64,000 bases of DNA from Auanema rhodensis (Eukaryota > Animalia > Nematoda): contig CAXKVF010000079.1 of the NCBI GenBank assembly GCA_964057225.1, positions 310,001-374,000 of the forward strand. Direction: 5' to 3'. Shown here one piece after another: positions 54,201-64,000 of this stretch. The position numbers were made by a program, and so were the translations under genes. How positions within the stretch are numbered: position 1 is the stretch's first letter; each line of letters opens with the position of its first letter. The notes beneath the pieces were generated by a model. The model was not told where the DNA came from. It worked only from the letters and a program-made list of their open reading frames with translations, and made no database searches.

Positions 54201-56488
54201 TGTAACTCGCTTCACGTGAAAGATAAAGAGATGCGGTTTTCAAAATTAGATTCCCCATGTCCATATTAGTCTAAAAACAAATTTTTATTGATATTGGTGC
54301 ATGGTAACCATGACTTTGAAATTTACGTGAACTTTAATTTATGCTAATTAAATGTACACGTGGTGTGCACTTGGTATGTAACTCGCTTCACGTGAAAGAT
54401 AAAGAGATGCGGTTTTCAAAATTAGATTCCCCATGTCCATATTAGTTTAAAAACAAATTTTTATTGATATTGGTGCATGGTAACCATGACTTTGAAATTT
54501 ACGTGAACTTTAATTTATGCTAATTAAATGTACACGTGATGTGCACTTGGTATGTAACTCGCTTCACGTGAAAGATAAAGAGATGCGGTTTTCAAAATTA
54601 GATTCCCCATGTCCATATTAGTCTAAAAACAAATTTTCATTGATATTGGTTCATGGTAACCATGTCTTTGAAATTTACGTGAACTTTAATTTATGCTAAT
54701 TAAATGTACACGTGATGTGCACTTGGTATGTAACTCGCTTCACGTGAAAGATAAAGAGATGCGGTTTTCAAAATTAGATTCCCCATGTCCATATTAGTCT
54801 AAAAACAAATTTTTATTGATATTGGTGCATGGTAACCATGACTTTGAAATTTACGTGAACTTTAATTTATGCTAATTAAATGTACACGTGGTGTGCACTT
54901 GGTATGTAACTCGCTTCACGTGAAAGATAAAGAGATGCGGTTTTCAAAATTAAATTCCCCATGTCCATATTAGTCTAAAAACAAATTTTTATTGATATTG
55001 GTTCATGGTAACCATGACTTTGAAATTTACGTGAACTTTAATTTATGCTAATTAAATGTACACGTGGTGTGCACTTGGTATGTAACTCGCTTCACGTGAA
55101 AGATAAAGAGATGCGGTTTTCAAAATTAGATTCCCCATGTCCATATTAGTCTAAAAACAAATTTTTATTGATATTGGTTCATGGTAACCATGTCTTTGAA
55201 ATTTACGTGAACTTTAATTTATGCTAATTAAATGTACACGTGATGTGCACTTGGTATGTAACTCGCTTCACGTGAAAGATAAAGAGATGCGGTTTTCAAA
55301 ATTAGATTCCCCATGTCCATATTAGTCTAAAAACAAATTTTTATTGATATTGGTTCATGGTAACCATGTCTTTGAAATTTACGTGAACTTTAATTTATGC
55401 TAATTAAATGTACACGTGATGTGCACTTGGTATGTAACTCGCTTCACGTGAAAGATAAAGAGATGCGGTTTTCAAAATTAGATTCCCCATGTCCATATTA
55501 GTCTAAAAACAAATTTTTATTGATATTGGTGCATGGTAACCATGACTTTGAAATTTACGTGAACTTTAATTTATGCTAATTAAATGTACACGTGGTGTGC
55601 ACTTGGTATGTAACTCGCTTCACGTGAAAGATAAAGAGATGCGGTTTTCAAAATTAGATTCCCCATGTCCATATTAGTTTAAAAACAAATTTTTATTGAT
55701 ATTGGTGCATGGTAACCATGACTTTGAAATTTACGTGAACTTTAATTTATGCTAATTAAATGTACACGTGATGTGCACTTGGTATGTAACTCGCTTCACG
55801 TGAAAGATAAAGAGATGCGGTTTTCAAAATTAGATTCCCCATGTCCATATTAGTCTAAAAACAAATTTTCATTGATATTGGTTCATGGTAACCATGTCTT
55901 TGAAATTTACGTGAACTTTAATTTATGCTAATTAAATGTACACGTGATGTGCACTTGGTATGTAACTCGCTTCACGTGAAAGATAAAGAGATGCGGTTTT
56001 CAAAATTAGATTCCCCATGTCCATATTAGTCTAAAAACAAATTTTTATTGATATTGGTGCATGGTAACCATGACTTTGAAATTTACGTGAACTTTAATTT
56101 ATGCTAATTAAATGTACACGTGGTGTGCACTTGGTATGTAACTCGCTTCACGTGAAAGATAAAGAGATGCGGTTTTCAAAATTAAATTCCCCATGTCCAT
56201 ATTAGTCTAAAAAATTTTTATTGATATTGGTTCATGGTAACCATGACTTTGAAATTTACGTGAACTTTAATTTATGCTAATTAAATGTACACGTGGTGTG
56301 CACTTGGTATGTAACTCGCTTCACGTGAAAGATAAAGAGATGCGGTTTCCAAAATTAGATTCCCCATGTCCATATTAGTCTAAAAACAAATTTTTATTGA
56401 TATTGGTTCATGGTAACCATGTCTTTGAAATTTACGTGAACTTTAATTTATGCTAATTAAATGTACACGTGATGTGCACTTGGTATGT
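51212..56488. repeat. Tandem duplication of a 15-monomer unit (2640 bp) with an internal 7-mer period
   Basis: TTTTCATT (83C)+110T monomers at 51388, 51916 and 53148 recur at 54028, 54556 and 55788. The ATTAAATT (46A)+160G monomers recur likewise. Confidence 0.85.
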
Positions 56489-56664
56489 AACTCGCTTCAC
56501 GTGAAAGATAAAGAGATGCGGTTTTCAAAATTAGATTCCCCATGTCCATATTAGTCTAAAAACAAATTTTTATTGATATTGGTTCATGGTAACCATGTCT
56601 TTGAAATTTACGTGAACTTTAATTTATGCTAATTAAATGTACACGTGATGTGCACTTGGTATGT

Positions 56665-59600
56665 AACTCGCTTCACGTGAAAGATAAAGAGATGCGGTTT
56701 TCAAAATTAGATTCCCCATGTCCATATTAGTCTAAAAACGAATTTTTATTGATATTGGTGCATGGTAACCATGACTTTGAAATTTACGTGAATTTTAGTT
56801 TATGCTAATTAAATGTACACGTGGTGTGCACTTGGTATGTAACTCGCTTCACGTGAAAGATAAAGAGATGCGGTTTTCAAAATTAAATTCCCCATGTCCA
56901 TATTAGTCTAAAAACAAATTTTTATTGATATTGGTTCATGGTAACCATGACTTTGAAATTTACGTGAACTTTAATTTATGCTAATTAAATGTACACGTGA
57001 TGTGCACTTGGTATGTAATTCGCTTCACGTGAAAGATAAAGAGATGCGGTTTTCAAAATTAGATTCCCCATGTCCATATTAGTTTAAAAACAAATTTTTA
57101 TTGATATTGGTGCATGGTAACCATGACTTTGAAATTTACGTGAACTTTAATTTATGCTAATTAAATGTACACGTGATGTGCACTTGGTATGTAACTCGCT
57201 TCACGTGAAAGATGAAGAGATGCGGTTTTCAAAATTAGATTCCCCATGTCCATATTAGTCTAAAAACAAATTTTTATTGATATTGGTTCATGGAAACCAT
57301 GTCTTTGAAATTTACGTGAACTTTAATTTATGCTAATTAAATGTACACGTGATGTGCACTTGGTATGTAACTCGCTTCACGTGAAAGATAAAGAGATGCG
57401 GTTTTCAAAATTAGATTCCCCATGTCCATATTAGTCTAAAAACAAATTTTTATTGATATTGGTGCATGGTAACCATGACTTTGAAATTTACGTGAACTTT
57501 AATTTATGCTAATTAAATGTACACGTGGTGTGCACTTGGTATGTAACTCGCTTCACGTGAAAGATAAAGAGATGCGGTTTTCAAAATTAAATTCCCCATG
57601 TCCATATTAGTCTAAAAACAAATTTTTATTGATATTGGTTCATGGTAACCATGACTTTGAAATTTACGTGAACTTTAATTTATGCTAATTAAATGTACAC
57701 GTGATGTGCACTTGGTATGTAATTCGCTTCACGTGAAAGATAAAGAGATGCGGTTTTCAAAATTAGATTCCCCATGTCCATATTAGTTTAAAAACAAATT
57801 TTTATTGATATTGGTGCATGGTAACCATGACTTTGAAATTTACGTGAACTTTAATTTATGCTAATTAAATGTACACGTGATGTGCACTTGGTATGTAACT
57901 CGCTTCACGTGAAAGATAAAGAGATGCGGTTTTCAAAATTAGATTCCCCATGTCCATATTAGTCTAAAAACAAATTTTTATTGATATTGGTGCATGGTAA
58001 CCATGACTTTGAAATTTACGTGAACTTTAATTTATGCTAATTAAATGTACACGTGGTGTGCACTTGGTATGTAACTCGCTTCACGTGAAAGATAAAGAGA
58101 TGCGGTTTTCAAAATTAAATTCCCCATGTCCATATTAGTCTAAAAACAAATTTTTATTGATATTGGTTCATGGTAACCATGACTTTGAAATTTACGTGAA
58201 CTTTAATTTATGCTAATTAAATGTACACGTGATGTGCACTTGGTATGTAATTCGCTTCACGTGAAAGATAAAGAGATGCGGTTTTCAAAATTAGATTCCC
58301 CATGTCCATATTAGTTTAAAAACAAATTTTTATTGATATTGGTGCATGGTAACCATGACTTTGAAATTTACGTGAACTTTAATTTATGCTAATTAAATGT
58401 ACACGTGATGTGCACTTGGTATGTAACTCGCTTCACGTGAAAGATAAAGAGATGCGGTTTTCAAAATTAGATTCCCCATGTCCATATTAGTCTAAAAACA
58501 AATTGTTATTGATATTGGTTCATGGTAACCATGTCTTTGAAATTTACGTGAACTTTAATTTATGCTAATTAAATGTACACGTGATGTGCACTTGGTATGT
58601 AACTCGCTTCACGTGAAAGATAAAGAGATGCGGTTTTCAAAATTAGATTCCCCATGTCCATATTAGTCTAAAAACAAATTTTTATTGATATTGGTGCATG
58701 GTAACCATGACTTTGAAATTTACATGAACTTTAATTTATGCTAATTAAATGTACACGTGATGTGCACTTGGTATGTAACTCGCTTCACGTGAAAGATAAA
58801 GAGATGCGGTTTTCAAAATTAGATTCCCCATGTCCATATTAGTCTAAAAACAAATTTTTATTGATATTGGTTCATGGTAACCATGACTTTGAAATTTACG
58901 TGAACTTTAATTTATGCTAATTAAATGTACACGTGATGTGCACTTGGTATGTAACTCGCTTCACGTGAAAGATAAAGAGATGCGGTTTTCAAAATTAGAT
59001 TCCCCATGTCCATATTAGTCTAAAAACGAATTTTTATTGATATTGGTGCATGGTAACCATGACTTTGAAATTTACGTGAATTTTAGTTTATGCTAATTAA
59101 ATGTACACGTGGTGTGCACTTGGTATGTAACTCGCTTCACGTGAAAGATAAAGAGATGCGGTTTTCAAAATTAAATTCCCCATGTCCATATTAGTCTAAA
59201 AACAAATTTTTATTGATATTGGTTCATGGTAACCATGACTTTGAAATTTACGTGAACTTTAATTTATGCTAATTAAATGTACACGTGATGTGCACTTGGT
59301 ATGTAACTCGCTTCACGTGAAAGATAAAGAGATGCGGTTTTCAAAATTAGATTCCCCATGTCCATATTAGTTGAAAAACAAATTTTTATTGATATTGGTG
59401 CATGGTAACCATGACTTTGAAATTTACGTGAACTTTAATTTATGCTAATTAAATGTACACGTGATGTGCACTTGGTATGTAACTCGCTTCACGTGAAAGA
59501 TAAAGAGATGCGGTTTTCAAAATTAGATTCCCCATGTCCATATTAGTCTAAAAACAAATTTTTATTGATATTGGTGCATGGTAACCATGACTTTGAAATT

Positions 59601-62600
59601 TACGTGAACTTTAATTTATGCTAATTAAATGTACACGTGGTGTGCACTTGGTATGTAACTCGCTTCACGTGAAAGATAAAGAGATGCGGTTTTCAAAATT
59701 AAATTCCCCATGTCCATATTAGTCTAAAAACAAATTTTTATTGATATTGGTTCATGGTAACCATGACTTTGAAATTTACGTGAACTTTAATTTATGCTAA
59801 TTAAATGTACACGTGATGTGCACTTGGTATGTAATTCGCTTCACGTGAAAGATAAAGAGATGCGGTTTTCAAAATTAGATTCCCCATGTCCATATTAGTT
59901 TAAAAACAAATTTTTATTGATATTGGTGCATGGTAACCATGACTTTGAAATTTACGTGAACTTTAATTTATGCTAATTAAATGTACACGTGATGTGCACT
60001 TGGTATGTAACTCGCTTCACGTGAAAGATAAAGAGATGCGGTTTTCAAAATTAGATTCCCCATGTCCATATTAGTCTAAAAACAAATTGTTATTGATATT
60101 GGTTCATGGTAACCATGTCTTTGAAATTTACGTGAACTTTAATTTATGCTAATTAAATGTACACGTGATGTGCACTTGGTATGTAACTCGCTTCACGTGA
60201 AAGATAAAGAGATGCGGTTTTCAAAATTAGATTCCCCATGTCCATATTAGTCTAAAAACAAATTTTTATTGATATTGGTGCATGGTAACCATGACTTTGA
60301 AATTTACGTGAACTTTAATTTATGCTAATTAAATGTACACGTGGTGTGCACTTGGTATGTAACTCGCTTCACGTGAAAGATAAAGAGATGCGGTTTTCAA
60401 AATTAAATTCCCCATGTCCATATTAGTCTAAAAACAAATTTTTATTGATATTGGTTCATGGTAACCATGACTTTGAAATTTACGTGAACTTTAATTTATG
60501 CTAATTAAATGTACACGTGATGTGCACTTGGTATGTAATTCGCTTCACGTGAAAGATAAAGAGATGCGGTTTTCAAAATTAGATTCCCCATGTCCATATT
60601 AGTTTAAAAACAAATTTTTATTGATATTGGTGCATGGTAACCATGACTTTGAAATTTACGTGAACTTTAATTTATGCTAATTAAATGTACACGTGATGTG
60701 CACTTGGTATGTAACTCGCTTCACGTGAAAGATAAAGAGATGCGGTTTTCAAAATTAGATTCCCCATGTCCATATTAGTCTAAAAACAAATTGTTATTGA
60801 TATTGGTTCATGGTAACCATGTCTTTGAAATTTACGTGAACTTTAATTTATGCTAATTAAATGTACACGTGATGTGCACTTGGTATGTAACTCGCTTCAC
60901 GTGAAAGATAAAGAGATGCGGTTTTCAAAATTAGATTCCCCATGTCCATATTAGTCTAAAAACAAATTTTTATTGATATTGGTGCATGGTAACCATGACT
61001 TTGAAATTTACATGAACTTTAATTTATGCTAATTAAATGTACACGTGATGTGCACTTGGTATGTAACTCGCTTCACGTGAAAGATAAAGAGATGCGGTTT
61101 TCAAAATTAGATTCCCCATGTCCATATTAGTCTAAAAACAAATTTTTATTGATATTGGTTCATGGTAACCATGACTTTGAAATTTACGTGAACTTTAATT
61201 TATGCTAATTAAATGTACACGTGATGTGCACTTGGTATGTAACTCGCTTCACGTGAAAGATAAAGAGATGCGGTTTTCAAAATTAGATTCCCCATGTTCA
61301 TATTAGTCTAAAAACGAATTTTTATTGATATTGGTGCATGGTAACCATGACTTTGAAATTTACGTGAATTTTAGTTTATGCTAATTAAATGTACACGTGG
61401 TGTGCACTTGGTATGTAACTCGCTTCACGTGAAAGATAAAGAGATGCGGTTTTCAAAATTAAATTCCCCATGTCCATATTAGTCTAAAAACAAATTTTTA
61501 TTGATATTGGTTCATGGTAACCATGACTTTGAAATTTACGTGAACTTTAATTTATGCTAATTAAATGTACACGTGATGTGCACTTGGTATGTAATTCGCT
61601 TCACGTGAAAGATAAAGAGATGCGGTTTTCAAAATTAGATTCCCCATGTCCATATTAGTTTAAAAACAAATTTTTATTGATATTGGTGCATGGTAACCAT
61701 GACTTTGAAATTTACGTGAACTTTAATTTATGCTAATTAAATGTACACGTGATGTGCACTTGGTATGTAACTCGCTTCACGTGAAAGATAAAGAGATGCG
61801 GTTTTCAAAATTAGATTCCCCATGTCCATATTAGTCTAAAAACAAATTTTTATTGATATTGGTTCATGGTAACCATGTCTTTGAAATTTACGTGAACTTT
61901 AATTTATGCTAATTAAATGTACACGTGATGTGCACTTGGTATGTAACTCGCTTCACGTGAAAGATAAAGAGATGCGGTTTTCAAAATTAGATTCCCCATG
62001 TCCATATTAGTCTAAAAACAAATTTTTATTGATATTGGTCCATGGTAACCATGACTTTGAAATTTACGTGAATTTTAGTTTATGCTAATTAAATGTACAC
62101 GTGGTGTGCACTTGGTATGTAACTCGCTTCACGTGAAAGATAAAGAGATGCGGTTTTCAAAATTAAATTCCCCATGTCCATATTAGTCTAAAAACAAATT
62201 TTTATTGATATTGGTTCATGGTAACCATGACTTTGAAATTTACGTGAACTTTAAGTTATGCTAATTAAATGTACACGTGATGTGCACTTGGTATGTAATT
62301 CGCTTCACGTGAAAGATAAAGAGATGCGGTTTTCAAAATTAGATTCCCCATGTCCATATTAGTTTAAAAACAAATTTTTATTGATATTGGTGCATGGTAA
62401 CCATGACTTTGAAATTTACGTGAACTTTAATTTATGCTAATTAAATGTACACGTGATGTGCACTTGGTATGTAACTCGCTTCAGGTGAAAGATAAAGAGA
62501 TGCGGTTTTCAAAATTAGATTCCCCATATCCATATTAGTCTAAAAACAAATTTTTATTGATATTGGTTCATGGTAACCATGTCTTTGAAATTTACGTGAA

Positions 62601-64000
62601 CTTTAATTTATGCTAATTAAATGTACACGTGATGTGCACTTGGTATGTAACTCGCTTCACGTGAAAGATAAAGAGATGCGGTTTTCAAAATTAGATTCCC
62701 CATGTCCATATTAGTCTAAAAACAAATTTTTATTGATATTGGTGCATGGTAACCATGACTTTGAAATTTACGTGAACTTTAATTTATGCTAATTAAATGT
62801 ACACGTGGTGTGCACTTGGTATGTAACTCGCTTCACGTGAAAGAGAAAGAGATGCGGTTTTCAAAATTAAATTCCCCATGTCCATATTAGTCTAAAAACA
62901 AATTTTTATTGATATTGGTTCATGGTAACCATGACTTTGAAATTTACGTGAACTTTAATTTATGCTAATTAAATGTACACGTGGTGTGCACTTGGTATGT
63001 AACTCGCTTCACGTGAAAGATAAAGAGATGCGGTTTTCAAAATTAGATTCCCCATGTCCATATTAGTCTAAAAACAAATTTTTATTGATATTGGTTCATG
63101 GTAACCATGTCTTTGAAATTTACGTGAACTTTAATTTATGCTAATTAAATGTACACGTGATGTGCACTTGGTATGTAACTCGCTTCACGTGAAAGATAAA
63201 GAGATGCGGTTTTCAAAATTAGATTCCCCATGTCCATATTAGTCTAAAAACAAATTTTTATTGATATTGGTTCATGGTAACCATGTCTTTGAAATTTACG
63301 TGAACTTTAATTTATGCTAATTAAATGTACACGTGATGTGCACTTGGTATGTAACTCGCTTCACGTGAAAGATAAAGAGATGCGGTTTTCCAAATTAGAT
63401 TCCCCATGTCCATATTAGTCTAAAAACGAATTTTTATTGATATTGGTGCATGGTAACCATGACTTTGAAATTTACGTGAACTTTAATTTATGCTAATTAA
63501 ATGTACACGTGATGTGCACTTGGTATGTAATTCGCTTCACGTGAAAGATAAAGAGATGCGGTTTTCAAAATTAGATTCCCCATGTCCATATTAGTTTAAA
63601 AACAAATTTTTATTGATATTGGTGCATGGTAACCATGACTTTGAAATTTACGTGAACTTTAATTTATGCTAATTAAATGTACACGTGATGTGCACTTGGT
63701 ATGTAACTCGCTTCACGTGAAAGATAAAGAGATGCGGTTTTCAAAATTAGATTCCCCATGTCCATATTAGTCTAAAAACAAATTTTTATTGATATTGGTT
63801 CATGGTAACCATGTCTTTGAAATTTACGTGAACTTTAATTTATGCTAATTAAATGTACACGTGATGTGCACTTGGTATGTAACTCGCTTCACGTGAAAGA
63901 TAAAGAGATGCGGTTTTCAAAATTAGATTCCCCATGTCCATATTAGTCTAAAAACAAATTTTTATTGATATTGGTGCATGGTAACCATGACTTTGAAATT
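56665..64000. repeat. Domain with a 3/4-mer core and a 13-monomer (2288 bp) super-period
   Basis: The core order is [96G,160G][46A][3T,68T,96G][110T]. 76G/129T/134G monomers lie at 56665, 58953 and 61241, and TACATG (124A) at 58724 and 61012. Confidence 0.8.

Larger units (their letters stand above)
1..64000. repeat. Tandem satellite DNA array, 176-bp monomer, ~363.7 copies head-to-tail; centromeric/pericentromeric-like
   Basis: AACTCGCTTC recurs at 1, 177, 881 (1+5x176), 2641 (1+15x176) and onward to 63881 (1+363x176-8). The 8-bp drift is fully accounted for by six small deletions. I saw no unique sequence or strand switch. Centromeric role is inference only. Confidence 0.99.

Noticed and set aside
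1-64000. CRISPR array or cassette array suggested by palindromic repeats
   Set aside because: There are no unique spacers or cassettes; the entire 176 bp is repeated. No cas or integrase genes are present.
1-64000. Whole array as a synthetic or collapsed-assembly artefact
   Set aside because: Hierarchically shared variants, inherited indels and chimeric monomers are what natural satellite evolution produces. Individual perfect duplications still merit read-level checks.

Overview
The whole 64,000-bp window is one uninterrupted, head-to-tail array of a 176-bp satellite DNA. It holds 363 complete monomers plus 120 bp, is about 32% GC (56/176 in the consensus) and keeps one orientation throughout. 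Consensus, numbered as in the first monomer: AACTCGCTTCACGTGAAAGATAAAGAGATGCGGTTTTCAAAATTAGATTCCCCATGTCCATATTAGTCTAAAAACAAATTTTTATTGATATTGGTTCATGGTAACCATGACTTTGAAATTTACGTGAACTTTAATTTATGCTAATTAAATGTACACGTGATGTGCACTTGGTATGT. Most copies differ from it by 0-6 substitutions. I found only six length changes, all deletions, totalling 8 bp. I see no genes, RNA genes, transposon insertions or CRISPR array; the four ORFs are chance read-throughs of the repeat. The monomer size and homogeneity fit a eukaryotic centromeric or pericentromeric satellite (inference), but I do not recognise the family. Two layers of structure stand out. (1) The monomer is largely built from degenerate inverted repeats: a foldback at positions 35-118, a second at 120-160, a 15-bp palindrome, and three ACGTGA/E-box cores spaced 33 and 32 bp apart. 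(2) Shared variants reveal nested higher-order repeats (2-, 4-, 6-, 7-, 8-, 9-, 10-, 12-, 13-, 15- and ~25-mers) grouped into domains, including a young 9-mer higher-order repeat whose two ancestral halves are still visible upstream. All variant calls were read by eye and should be confirmed by alignment.
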